Shown: in pieces, positions 40,754 to 50,893 of the stretch
How the letters are laid out: each line of letters starts with the position of its first letter
Position numbering within the stretch: position 1 is the stretch's first letter
DNA from: an uncultured Gemmatimonadaceae bacterium
GTDB lineage: Bacteria > Gemmatimonadota > Gemmatimonadetes > Gemmatimonadales > Gemmatimonadaceae
Direction of reading: 5' to 3'
Length of the DNA: 64,000 nucleotides
Assembly (NCBI GenBank): GCA_963716745.1
Contig: OY970320.1
Span: forward strand, 1,856,001 to 1,920,000
Notes under the pieces: model-generated
Seen by the model: the letters and a program-made list of their open reading frames with translations, nothing else
Told to the model about the DNA's origin: nothing
Database searches by the model: none
Translations under genes and position numbers: made by a program

Positions 40754-41758
40754 GTGACGAACGGCTTCCGCGCGCCTCTCTGGCTGCGCAACCCTCACGC
40801 GCAGACGCTCTGGGGGAAGTTCGTGCGCCGCACGAGTGTGCCGCCGACGCGCGTTGAGCGCTGGGAGCTTCCCGACGGCGACTTCCTCGATCTGTGTCGC
40901 CTCGATGCGCCTTCCGATCGCCCGCGCCTGCTCTTCCTGCATGGACTCGAGGGCACTCCGCGCTCGCATTATGCGCAAGCGTTCTTCGCGGATGCGCACC
41001 GCCGCGGCTGGGCCGCCGATCTCATGGTGTTCCGCTCGTGCGGCGAGGAGCCCAACCGCCTCCTCCGCTCGTACCACTCCGGCGAGACCGGTGATCTCGA
41101 TCTGGTGGTGAGCCGGCTCGTCGCCGCCGAGCCTCATCGAACATTGATGCTCGCGGGTGTTTCGCTCGGCGGGAATGTGCTGCTCAAGTGGCTTGGTGAG
41201 CGTGGCGCGAACGTGCCGGCACAGGTCGCCGGCGCAGCAGCGATCTCCGCGCCACTCGACCTCGCTCAAGGGAGCAAGTACCTGGAACGAGGTTTCTCAC
41301 GGGTCTACGCCGCGCATTTCCTGAGGACCCTGCGGGCTAAGGCACGCGAGAAGAGCGCGCGTTTCCCGGGCCAGGTTCGCTTGCCTGAGGTGGAGGCCGC
41401 GCGAACGCTGTGGGAATTCGACGATGTCATGACTGCGCCAGTGCACGGCTTTCGTGACGCCGCGGACTATTACGCGCGGTCGAGCTCGATCCGCTTCCTG
41501 CATGCGATCCGTGTGCCGACCCTGATACTGAACGCGGCGGACGACCCGTTCCTGCCCGCCGCGGTGCTCGATGCCGCCCGCACCATCGCACTCGACAATT
41601 CGGCGCTCCGCATCGAGTTTCCTCAACATGGCGGGCACGTGGGATTCGTCGGTGGCACGGTTCCGTGGCGCCTTCGATACTATGCCGAACATAGGGCACT
41701 CGATTTCGTGGAGGCGGCTTTGGCGGCGCGCGTTGATGGAGGCGCGCTCGCGCGGTAG
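40754..41758 (+). CDS. YheT-family alpha/beta hydrolase
   Basis: NPHAQT, LHGLEG, YHSGETGD, GVSLGG, DDPF, GGHVGF. Confidence 0.9.
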   Translation: MTNGFRAPLWLRNPHAQTLWGKFVRRTSVPPTRVERWELPDGDFLDLCRLDAPSDRPRLLFLHGLEGTPRSHYAQAFFADAHRRGWAADLMVFRSCGEEPNRLLRSYHSGETGDLDLVVSRLVAAEPHRTLMLAGVSLGGNVLLKWLGERGANVPAQVAGAAAISAPLDLAQGSKYLERGFSRVYAAHFLRTLRAKAREKSARFPGQVRLPEVEAARTLWEFDDVMTAPVHGFRDAADYYARSSSIRFLHAIRVPTLILNAADDPFLPAAVLDAARTIALDNSALRIEFPQHGGHVGFVGGTVPWRLRYYAEHRALDFVEAALAARVDGGALAR

Positions 41759-41798
41759 GTTGCCTCGATAACTGTACTACTTCGCAAGGAGCGACATC

Positions 41799-42704
41799 AT
41801 GTTTCGTATCCGGTTCTTCAGTGCCGCATTCCTCGCTATCGCATGCGGCTCACTGGGCGCACAATCCGCGGCAATGCCGGCGGACATGCACCATGATCAC
41901 GCCGTCGCGACCGCGGTGCCCGCCGCTCCGGCGGACAGCATGCTGCCCGCGGACGCGGCTGGCGCTGCCGTGCGGCTCGCGGCATCGCCACGGCATCGCG
42001 AGTATGTGATGATCTCCGTTGGCGGCGCCGATTCGATCGGCGCGTGGATCTTCTATCCGCAGCGCAGCACGAAAGCGCCAGTCGTCGTGGTGGTGCACGA
42101 GATCTTCGGCATGTCCACGTGGGTCCGCGGCGTCGGCGATCAGTTCGCGGCCAATGGGTTCATCGCCATCGCGCCCGACCTCCTCACGGGCAAGAAGATC
42201 CCCGGTGGACCGGACAGCGTCACGGTGGATTCCGCGAGGAAGCTCATCGCGATGCTCAAGCCGGAGGATGTGCAGCGCGATCTGATCGCCGTCGCGACCT
42301 ACGCGATGCACCTTCCCTCGGCGCTGCCCCGCTACGGCATCGTCGGATTCTGCTGGGGCGGCGGCGTCTCGTTCCTCAATGCTGCCGCGTCGCCGAGCGT
42401 GCTCGCCTCGGTCGTGTACTATGGCGTGTCGCCCGACTCTTCATGGATCAAGAAGGTGCACGCGCCGGTGCTCGGCCTGTATGGTGGTATGGACAACCGC
42501 ATCACTTCAATGGTCCCCGCGACGGACAGCACACTGAAGGCGCTTGGTCGCACGTACCAGCCGACCATTTTCGCCGGCGCGGGTCACGGGTTCCTGCGCG
42601 ATCAGATGGGCATGAACGGGGCGAACATGGCGGCGGCGCAGACCGCGTGGCCGGCGACGATCGCGTGGTTCCGAAAGTACCTCGAGCTGCCTGCGTCGAA
42701 ATAG
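41799..42704 (+). CDS. Dienelactone hydrolase family protein, secreted
   Basis: HEIFG, APDLL, GFCWGG, AGHGF; signal peptide; AAGGAG RBS. Confidence 0.9.
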   Translation: MFRIRFFSAAFLAIACGSLGAQSAAMPADMHHDHAVATAVPAAPADSMLPADAAGAAVRLAASPRHREYVMISVGGADSIGAWIFYPQRSTKAPVVVVVHEIFGMSTWVRGVGDQFAANGFIAIAPDLLTGKKIPGGPDSVTVDSARKLIAMLKPEDVQRDLIAVATYAMHLPSALPRYGIVGFCWGGGVSFLNAAASPSVLASVVYYGVSPDSSWIKKVHAPVLGLYGGMDNRITSMVPATDSTLKALGRTYQPTIFAGAGHGFLRDQMGMNGANMAAAQTAWPATIAWFRKYLELPASK

Positions 42705-42705
42705 C

Positions 42706-43236
42706 ATGCTCTACGTGACGCTCGGCTTTCTGCTCGCGGGGCTCGTCGCCGGCGTCATCAGCATGGTCGGAGGCATCGATCAGCGCGAGCGATACAGCGT
42801 TCGCGTCCGGTACCTGAATCTGCCGATCTTCGCCGCATTCGCGACGGTGTTCGGCGTGGTCGGATACCCATTGTTCCGCTATACCGCGCTCAACCCCGCG
42901 GCGATCCTCGCGATCGCCGCGGCGAGCGCGTGTGCGGCGGCAGCCGGCATGGTCGGCGTCATCGCAGGGTGGGCCGTGCCGAGCGCGTCACGCGAGGTGA
43001 AGGATCCGCGCTACGATCTGCAAGGACATTTCGCGCGCGTGACGAGAGCCGTGGATCGCGGCACCGGGGAGATCGAGTACACCGCGGGTGACGTGGTGCG
43101 CCGCGCCGAGGCGCGGAGCCTCGATGGCGGCATGATCGACGCGGGAGTGGAGGTCGTGATCGAGCGCATCGAGGATGGCATCGCGCATGTGGAGCGCTGG
43201 AGCACCATCGCGGAACAGCTCGAGCTGCCGTCGTAG
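42706..43236 (+). CDS. NfeD-like (OB-fold) membrane protein
   Basis: Three hydrophobic helices, then G..ARV......GEI.Y...ARS.DG..I..G.EVVIERIEDGIAHV. Confidence 0.7.
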   Translation: MLYVTLGFLLAGLVAGVISMVGGIDQRERYSVRVRYLNLPIFAAFATVFGVVGYPLFRYTALNPAAILAIAAASACAAAAGMVGVIAGWAVPSASREVKDPRYDLQGHFARVTRAVDRGTGEIEYTAGDVVRRAEARSLDGGMIDAGVEVVIERIEDGIAHVERWSTIAEQLELPS

Positions 43237-43257
43237 CGCGGGCACTCGGGCAGTCGT

Positions 43258-43542
43258 TCAGCCGCCCTGCGCGAAGAGCGAAAGCCAGCCCGGCCAATTC
43301 CCCGATAGCTCGAAGAATTCTTCGAAATAGACGAGTCCGGCCTTTTCGAGCGCGCTCACGAGCAGTTCCAAATTCGCATCGTCAAAGATCGGTCCGATCG
43401 CGATGATCCCGCCTTCGACCCGGAACTCGTCGGGCGTGAGATTGAAGAGTTCGTCGATCGCGGCACGCGTGAGGCCGGAACGCTCCCAGGCCTCGCGTCG
43501 AACGAGTATTGTCGGCGTGTCGTGGTGGATGTCGAGTGCCAT
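43258..43542 (-). CDS. Hypothetical protein
   Basis: Acidic 94-aa ORF (MALDIHH...FFELSGNWPGWL); ggag upstream. Confidence 0.7.
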   Translation of the reverse strand: MALDIHHDTPTILVRREAWERSGLTRAAIDELFNLTPDEFRVEGGIIAIGPIFDDANLELLVSALEKAGLVYFEEFFELSGNWPGWLSLFAQGG

Positions 43543-43623
43543 GGCTCCAGTTTGCCGAGCGCGCGGGCGATTGTCCACCCGATGCCCTTTCGCTGAGAGC
43601 GCCGTCGGGGGCATTCTTCGAGA

Positions 43624-45565
43624 ATGTCCGATTCCCTGCCCCGTGACGTCGAGTTGACCGCCGATGTGATCGTGGTCGGCGGAGGCCATGCCGGCACCGA
43701 GGCGGCGACGGCCGCCGCCCGCTTGGGTGCTCGCGTGGTGCTGGTGACCGCGGCGCTCGAGACGATCGGGCAGATGTCGTGTAATCCGGCGATCGGTGGC
43801 ATCGCCAAGGGGACCGTTGCCCGAGAGATCAATGCGCTGGGCGGCCTGATGTCACGCGCCACCGATCTGGCGGCGTTGCAGTTCCGAATGCTGAATCGAA
43901 GCAAGGGCCCCGCGGTGTGGGCGCCGCGAGCACAGTGCGATCGAGGATTGTATCGGCGCGCTGTACGATCGCTCCTGGAGCAGCACGCGCGCGTGCACAC
44001 CGTGCAAGCGACCGTCGCGCGCTTGATCATCGACGAGCGCGGCAATCAGGTGCTGGGCATCGAAACGCTGGAGGGGCGGCGGTTCGGCGCGCGAGCGGTG
44101 ATCCTGACGACCGGCACCTTCCTTCGCGGGCGGATCCATATTGGGACCGACACTCAAGTGCCCGGAGGAAGAGCGGGCGACGCGCCCTCGACGCACCTGG
44201 CCGAACAGCTTGACGACATCGGCATCACGCACGCGCGATTCAAGACCGGTACGCCGCCGCGCATCGACGGACGTTCGGCCGATCTTGCCAAGCTCCAAGT
44301 CCAGCCGAGCGAGATAGAGGAGTTCGACTATTCCTGGTCGCATTTCTGGCCGGATGCGCGTCGTGCTGAGGGCCGAACGCGCCATCCCGAGCAGATGCGC
44401 TGCTGGATCACATTCGCCGGCGCGGAGGTGAAGCAGATCGTCTCGGAGAACCTGCATCGTTCCGCGATGTATGGTGGCGCGATCGCCGGCCGGGGTCCGC
44501 GCTACTGCCCCAGCGTCGAGGACAAGATCGTCAAGTTCCCCGACGTTGCGCGCCATCAGTTGTTCCTCGAGCCGGAGGGGCACGACACGAGTGAGTTGTA
44601 TGTGAACGGTCTATCCACTTCCCTGCCCGCGGACGTGCAGATCGACATGCTCCGCGCGGTGCCGGGATTGGAGCGCGTTCAGATGACGCGCGCCGGGTAT
44701 GCCATCGAGTACGACTATTGCGATCCGACGCAGCTCGATGCGACGCTCGCCGTGAAGGCGATACGTGGTCTGTATTTCGCAGGACAGATCAATGGGACGA
44801 CGGGCTATGAGGAGGCGGCAGGGCAGGGTGTGGTGGCCGGCCTGAACGCGGCGCTGATGGTGCAGGGACGCGCGCCGCTCGTCTTCGGACGCGAGACATC
44901 GTACATCGGCGTATTGGTGGACGATCTCGTCATGCGCGGCGTGGATGAGCCGTACCGTTTGTTCACGTCCCGCTCCGAGTTCCGTCTGACCGTGCGACAG
45001 GACAACGCGCTGGCACGACTGGCGCCGGTGGCGCGTGAGTTGGATCTCTACACCGACGGCGAGGAGCGCCTGGTGGCGCGGCGGCTCGCGGAGGCCGACG
45101 CGGTGCGCGACGAAGCGGCGCAGCGAAGCATCACGCCGGAGCAGGCGGCGCCACTCCTCGAAGCGCTCGGCAGTACACCGCTGCCGCACGCGATGCGCGT
45201 GAGAGAAGTGGCGCGCCGGCAACACATCTCCCTGAGCGCGGTATTCGCGGCAGCGGGGCTCGAGCGCGAATTCACCTCGGATGCGATCGCAAGCGTCGAA
45301 CTCGAACTCAAATACGCGGGGTTCTTCGAGCGAGAGCGCGTACTCGCGGATCGTATGAGGCGATTGGGCGATCTCGCGCTCGCGCCGGATCTCCCCTATG
45401 GAGGAGATGCAATCGCTCGCGATCGAGGCACGCCAGAAACTGGCGCAGGTGCGCCCACGCACGCTGGCGCAGGCCGGCCGGATCTCAGGAGTGAGCGCGA
45501 GCGATCTGCAGAATCTTGCGCTCGAGGTGACGCGCGGTCGTCGCACGCTCGGCGCGGATATTTAG
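43624..45565 (+). CDS. mnmG: tRNA uridine-5-carboxymethylaminomethyl modification enzyme MnmG/GidA; apparent indel ~45400
   Basis: VVGGGHAGTEAA, MSCNPAIGG, KTGTPPR, RYCPSVEDK, GQINGTTGYEEAA; final EARQKL...AGRISGV in a shifted frame. Confidence 0.96.
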
Positions 45566-45825
45566 TAGCATTTCGCTCCTAAAATTGCAATCTTCTAGAC
45601 TTAGCCAGCGCGCGCGATCCTCGCTCGCGTTCCACTGAATCTTCGTTCAGCGGTGCGTCTTCACGCGCGACATGAACACTTGAGGCGGATATCCTGGAAG
45701 TATGCACACACTCAATACCGATAAAGTGCCAATATTGGCTCATTAATGTCGTGTTAATGTTGCTATATAAGCCTGGATGATGCCATGATTGTGGATTTTG
45801 TCAATGAATGTGCAGTTCGGATGTG

Positions 45826-45841
45826 TGTTTCACGTGAAACA
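45826..45841. other. parS: parS centromere-like site
   Basis: Exact consensus TGTTTCACGTGAAACA about 110 bp upstream of parA. Confidence 0.93.
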
Positions 45842-45950
45842 TTGGCGGTGGCTACCGGGCTATTATGCCGCATTTTCTAGCTACCTGAAGAGCACGCACC
45901 TATATTGCCCCCTTCGTCGGCCTGGTCGGCGCACACTTCTCCGGAGCAAC

Positions 45951-46784
45951 GTGCCCAGAGTCATCGCGATAGCGAACCAGAAGGGCGGGGTGGGAAAGAC
46001 GACCACTGCAGTCAATCTCGCGGCTAGCCTCGCCGCCGCGGAACAACGCACGCTGTTGATCGACGGAGACCCTCAGGGGAATGCGACGAGCGGCATCGGT
46101 CTGGAAGGGGAGAGGGTCCAGCTCACGGTCTACGACGCGTTGATCGGCCAAGTGCCGCTCGAGAAGATCATCCTGCGATCCATTCAGTTCGCACACCTCG
46201 ATGTCGCGCCTGCAACGCCGGATCTCGCGGGCGCCGAGATCGAACTCGTCGACAGACCTCGCCGCGAACTCGCGATGCGCGAGGCCATCGCCCCAGTACT
46301 CGACCGCTATGACTATGTGCTCATCGACTGTCCCCCATCGCTCGGCTTGATCACAGTCAACATGCTCGCGGCCGCCGATGCGATTCTCATTCCTCTGCAG
46401 TGCGAATACTATGCGCTCGAGGGACTGTCGCAGCTCCTGAATACGGTCCACATGATGCAGCGCAGCGTGAATCCGACGCTCAATATCGATGGCGTGGTGC
46501 TCACGATGTACGATGCGCGATTGAATCTCTCGCGGCAGGTTGCCGCGGACGCGCGTGAATATTTTGGCGCGAAGGTATTCGAGACGATGGTGCCGAGGAA
46601 CGTCAGGCTTGCCGAGGCGCCGAGCTTCGGTAAGCCGATCATCCTGTATGACGTCGCTTCGGTCGGTGCGCAGGCCTACATGGGCATCGCGCGAGAATTG
46701 TTGCGCCGCCATGCTCAGCCCCAATCGACGCAATTAGATGAGCGCCCGCGCCCCGAGCCTGTCGTAAGCGAGTCGCGCGTTTGA
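45951..46784 (+). CDS. parA: Chromosome partitioning ATPase ParA/Soj
   Basis: NQKGGVGKTTT, DPQGNAT, IDCPPSLG, QCEYYALEG, PRNVRLAEAPS. Confidence 0.96.
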   Translation: MPRVIAIANQKGGVGKTTTAVNLAASLAAAEQRTLLIDGDPQGNATSGIGLEGERVQLTVYDALIGQVPLEKIILRSIQFAHLDVAPATPDLAGAEIELVDRPRRELAMREAIAPVLDRYDYVLIDCPPSLGLITVNMLAAADAILIPLQCEYYALEGLSQLLNTVHMMQRSVNPTLNIDGVVLTMYDARLNLSRQVAADAREYFGAKVFETMVPRNVRLAEAPSFGKPIILYDVASVGAQAYMGIARELLRRHAQPQSTQLDERPRPEPVVSESRV

Positions 46785-46841
46785 GCGCGCATCCCACGAT
46801 CATCAATGGCCGCCGGCTTACTTTCGTTGAGGGCCGATAAG

Positions 46842-47753
46842 ATGACTCCTGAAAAGCCGCGAAGGCTTGGCCGCGGACTCGAAGCGTTGCTCTCGGGTCA
46901 TGCCGCGACCGCGGAAATCGCGCCCGAAGAGCGCAGCGCGCTTCGAAATCTACCGATCGCACGGATCAGGCCGAATCCATACCAGCCGCGAAAGGAATTC
47001 GACGCGGACGAGCTCGCGGAACTGCAAGCAAGTTTGCGGGAGAACGGACTGCTGAACCCGATCGCGGTTCGTTCCGCGCCAACCGGCGACGGATTCGAGT
47101 TGATAGCAGGGGAGCGGCGCCTGCGCGCCGCCGCCGCGCTGGGCTGGGCGGAGATCCCGGCCGTCGTCAAGGAGATCGACGACCGCGCGTTGCTCACTCT
47201 CGCGCTCGTCGAGAATCTTCAGCGGGCCGATCTCAATCCCATCGAAGAGGCGGAAGGCTATCGTCACTTGATGCGTGACTTCTCGCTGACCCAGGCCGAG
47301 GTCGCCGAAGTCACAGGAAAAGACCGTTCGACAGTAGCTAACATATTGCGGTTATTGCAGTTACCAGCATCTGTCCAGAAATTGGTTCATGCGAAACAAC
47401 TGACGCTGGGCCACGCGCGCGCATTGCTTGCGCTCGACGACGAGCGAAGGATCATCGCTCTCGCGCACGAGGTCATCGCGCAGGGACTCTCGGTGCGCGA
47501 TGTCGAGCGCCGAGTCCGCGACGGCGACAGCACCGCGCAGCGCGCGATCAAGAAGGGTTCGCCGAAACGCGAACAGCGCGCCGACATCGCCGTGAAGCAA
47601 ACGCAGGAGGAGTTGCGGCGATTCTTCCAGACCGATGTGCACGTGAGCGAGAGTTCAGCCGGTCGCGGAAAGATCGAGATCTCCTACTACTCGATGGAGG
47701 ATCTGGATCGGCTGATCGATCTGATCCTCGGCGCGAGGCGTATCGCGCTATGA
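46842..47753 (+). CDS. parB: Chromosome partitioning protein ParB/Spo0J
   Basis: LGRGLEALL, NPYQPRK, IAGERRLRA, ENLQRADL, KDRSTVANILRLL. Confidence 0.96.
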   Translation: MTPEKPRRLGRGLEALLSGHAATAEIAPEERSALRNLPIARIRPNPYQPRKEFDADELAELQASLRENGLLNPIAVRSAPTGDGFELIAGERRLRAAAALGWAEIPAVVKEIDDRALLTLALVENLQRADLNPIEEAEGYRHLMRDFSLTQAEVAEVTGKDRSTVANILRLLQLPASVQKLVHAKQLTLGHARALLALDDERRIIALAHEVIAQGLSVRDVERRVRDGDSTAQRAIKKGSPKREQRADIAVKQTQEELRRFFQTDVHVSESSAGRGKIEISYYSMEDLDRLIDLILGARRIAL

Positions 47754-48553
47754 CCGAGCAGGACGAGGAGAAGGAGAAGGACGGGGGCCAGCGCGGCTAC
47801 GGCAACATCTATACGCCGCACGCAGGCGCGATGATCATCCACGTGCAGCGCGAGAGCGGTCTCGCGAACCGCATGATCATCTTGAGCGTGCGGCAAGTTC
47901 AGATGCTGCGCATCGGTGCGGTGCTCGCCGTGATCATGGTATTGCTCGGGGTAGGGAGCTGGCTCTATTTCGCGGGGAAGGCCGTGCAGGTGCAGGTGCT
48001 CACCCGTCGTCTCTCGGCGCTCGAGCACGATGCGCAACAGCTCGACACACTGAAGCGCGCGCTCGCCGAGGCGGAAGGGCGTTATCAGCAGGTGCAGAAG
48101 ATGATGGGAGCATCAGGGACCACCGCGCCGGCGACGTCGGGCGCGACAGACAGTGCCGGCTTGCCGAACGCGTGGCCGTTGCCCATCGCGGGGCAGCTGA
48201 TCGAGCCGACGAACGCGGAGGCGAAGCCCGTGGGCATCGAGATCGCGGTGCCTCGCGGCACACCGGTCAGTGCCGCGGGCGCAGGTTCAGTCGTCGAGAT
48301 ACGTGACGACGCGCAGTATGGGCGCGTCGTGCGAATACGGCACCGGCTTGGGTACGAGAGTCTCTACGGCAATTTGCTTCAGGTTCGCGTTCGCAACGGC
48401 GACCAGGTCGCTGCGGGAATGATCATCGCAATCTCCGGTGACAGCTCAGGTACGCTCCCCGCGCACCTGCATTTCGAAATCGTTCGCGACGGTACACAAG
48501 TCAATCCCGCCGCGATCGTGACCAAGGGACCAGCGCATGGCGATCTTCAGTAA
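47750..48553 (+). CDS. Membrane-anchored coiled-coil M23/LytM protein, first Zn motif degenerate
   Basis: TM helix, coiled coil, WPL..G, GTPVSAAGAG.V, YGRVVRIRH, HLHFEI; PVGIEI in place of HxGxD. Confidence 0.85.
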   Translation: MTEQDEEKEKDGGQRGYGNIYTPHAGAMIIHVQRESGLANRMIILSVRQVQMLRIGAVLAVIMVLLGVGSWLYFAGKAVQVQVLTRRLSALEHDAQQLDTLKRALAEAEGRYQQVQKMMGASGTTAPATSGATDSAGLPNAWPLPIAGQLIEPTNAEAKPVGIEIAVPRGTPVSAAGAGSVVEIRDDAQYGRVVRIRHRLGYESLYGNLLQVRVRNGDQVAAGMIIAISGDSSGTLPAHLHFEIVRDGTQVNPAAIVTKGPAHGDLQ

Positions 48554-48974
48554 GGAAAGCTCAGCACCGGACCAGACTCGCTCCGGGCCGCTCTCCGCCG
48601 GCACCTCTCTCTCGATCATCGCGGCCGGCACCACGATCGACGGCGACATCGACACCAATGGTGTGATCCGCATCGAAGGCAGGGTCGAAGGCGCGGTGCG
48701 CGCCGGCCGGCAGGTTCTCATCGGACGCCAGGGCGAGGTGCGCGGCGATGTGAGCACGCGTGAAGCCGTGATCGGAGGGAAGGTGCAGGGCGCCGTCACC
48801 GCATCGGAGCGGTTGGAGGTGCAGGGCACTTCCACGATCATCGGCAACATCACAACGAAGTCGATCGCCGTGATCGAGGGTGGGAAGATCAATGGCAATG
48901 TTCGGATCGTCGACGCGCGTGAAGGTGCGGTCGGCCAAACCGGATCGCCTGCATCGGTGGCGGTCGTGCGCTAG
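48537..48974 (+). CDS. Bactofilin (polymer-forming cytoskeletal protein)
   Basis: MAIF N-terminus; SIIAAGTTIDGDI..GVIRIEGRVEG...G.V.G beta-helix repeats. Confidence 0.92.
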   Translation: MAIFSKESSAPDQTRSGPLSAGTSLSIIAAGTTIDGDIDTNGVIRIEGRVEGAVRAGRQVLIGRQGEVRGDVSTREAVIGGKVQGAVTASERLEVQGTSTIIGNITTKSIAVIEGGKINGNVRIVDAREGAVGQTGSPASVAVVR

Positions 48975-49083
48975 CCATCGCTCGCCGCTCACGCTCGCCG
49001 CCAAGGCGGCCGTCCCGCTTGCGCAGGATGGCCGCCTTTCAACATTCTCCACACTCATCCACCTAACGAGAACGTGAGGCGCC

Positions 49084-50118
49084 ATGTCCAGGATGCGGCG
49101 TAAGTTCCGCACCATCTCCACAGCGACGCACACGCTGATGTGCATCGTTGTGTTGGCATGTCGCTCCAATGCGCGGCCGCCGTCGGCCGGAAAGGGCGAT
49201 TTTCGCGTGGCGCTTCTGACGCCCGGACCCATCTCGGATCACGCTTGGAATGGCGGGGCGTATGAAGGTCTCCTGCGCATTCATGACAGTCTCGGCGCGC
49301 AGATCAGTCATATCCAGACGGCATCGCCGGCGGATTTCGAGGAGAACTTCCGCCAGTACGGATCGCAGGGTTACTCGCTCGTGTTCGGACACGGCTTCGA
49401 ATTCCAGGATGCCGCATCGCGCGTGGGGCCGGACTTCCCGCACACGGTGTACATCACGACTTCGGGAAATCAGGTTCGGGCGAACGTCGCACCGATCGTA
49501 TTCGGATTCGAGGAGCCCTCCTATCTCGCTGGAGTCCTGGCGGCGAAGATCACGAAGAAAAAATTGATCGGCGCCATCGGTGGCACCGAGTTGCCGCCGG
49601 TGCGCAGCAGCTTCCTCGCGTTCGAAGCGGGCGTCCATTCCGTGGATCCGTCGATCCAGGTCCTCACGTCGTACGTGGGAAGTTGGGAAGACGCGAGCAC
49701 GGCCAAGGAACAGGCGCTCGCGCTCATCCACCGCGGCGTGGACGTGATCTTCCAGAATGCCGACGCGGCGGGTCTCGGGATATTCCAGGCGGCCCGCGAA
49801 TCGAAGGGGGTGTACGTGTTCGGCGCCAACGCCAACCAGAACGACGTGGCGCCCGATGTCATCATCGCGAGCGTGGTGATCGACCTGCCGCACGCATTCC
49901 TGCTCGTGGCGCGCAGCGTGAAGGATGGGACGTTCAAAGCTGGCGTGCTGAGGCTGGGTGAGAGCGAGAAGGTGGTGGCGCTCGTGCTCAATCCGAAACT
50001 CGCCGGGGCGATCACGCCGGCCGCGCGTGCGGCGGTCGATTCGGCTCAGGCCGGGATCGCGAGCGGCCGGATCAAGCCGCCGCATCTCGAGTTCGTGGAC
50101 ACCACGGTGGCTCACTGA
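49084..50118 (+). CDS. BMP-family ABC substrate-binding lipoprotein (nucleoside type)
   Basis: VLAC lipobox, GPISDHAWN, GHGFEF, SYLAG.LA, DVIFQNA. Confidence 0.9.
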   Translation: MSRMRRKFRTISTATHTLMCIVVLACRSNARPPSAGKGDFRVALLTPGPISDHAWNGGAYEGLLRIHDSLGAQISHIQTASPADFEENFRQYGSQGYSLVFGHGFEFQDAASRVGPDFPHTVYITTSGNQVRANVAPIVFGFEEPSYLAGVLAAKITKKKLIGAIGGTELPPVRSSFLAFEAGVHSVDPSIQVLTSYVGSWEDASTAKEQALALIHRGVDVIFQNADAAGLGIFQAARESKGVYVFGANANQNDVAPDVIIASVVIDLPHAFLLVARSVKDGTFKAGVLRLGESEKVVALVLNPKLAGAITPAARAAVDSAQAGIASGRIKPPHLEFVDTTVAH

Positions 50119-50119
50119 A

Positions 50120-50893
50120 ATGGCCGCCCTGCACGAGATCGCGGAATTCCTTGACACCATCTTGCACACCGCGACGACTCCGGACTCCTCCGGTGCGGTG
50201 AACGGGATCCAGGTCGAGACCGACGCGGACATTCGCCGCATCGCGGCGGCGGTCGATGCGCGTGAGCGCACCATCGAGATGGCGCGCGCAGCAGGCGCGC
50301 AGCTGCTCATCGTGCATCACGGGCTCTTCTGGGGCGGCGTGCAGCCGCTCCGTGGTCCATTCTTCCGGCGCATGCGCGCGCTGCTCCGCGAACGGATCGG
50401 CGTGTACTCGTCGCATCTGCCGCTCGATGCGCATCCCGATTTCGGGAACAATGCCCTGCTCGCGCGCGCACTCGGGCTCGAGCCCTCGGAGAAGTTCGCG
50501 CGCTACGAGACGATCGATATCGGTGTCGCGGGACGCTGTGATCTGCCGACCAGCGAACTCGTGCGCCGCGCCACAGAATTCGCGGCGAGGTACGCGACGG
50601 TCGTTCGCACGGCCGGGATATCCAGCGGCCGGACCACCCGGCACTGGGCGATCTGTTCCGGCGCAGGCGCGGGAAGTGACACGCTGCAGGAGTGCGCCGC
50701 GCGCGAGATCGACACGCTCATCGTCGGTGAAGGACCACACCACAGCGCGGTGGACGCCGACGAGCTCGGCATCGCGGTCGTTTACGCCGGCCACTACGCC
50801 ACCGAGGTGCTCGGCGTGCGCGCCATCGCGGAACATGCCGCCGCGCATTTCGGACTGGAGTGGTCCTTCCTGGACGCGCCCACCGGATTGTGA
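50120..50893 (+). CDS. Nif3-like dinuclear metal-centre hexameric protein (DUF34)
   Basis: NGIQV, AAVD, IVHHG, HLPLDAHP..GNN, GE..HH, AGHYATE. Confidence 0.92.
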   Translation: MAALHEIAEFLDTILHTATTPDSSGAVNGIQVETDADIRRIAAAVDARERTIEMARAAGAQLLIVHHGLFWGGVQPLRGPFFRRMRALLRERIGVYSSHLPLDAHPDFGNNALLARALGLEPSEKFARYETIDIGVAGRCDLPTSELVRRATEFAARYATVVRTAGISSGRTTRHWAICSGAGAGSDTLQECAAREIDTLIVGEGPHHSAVDADELGIAVVYAGHYATEVLGVRAIAEHAAAHFGLEWSFLDAPTGL

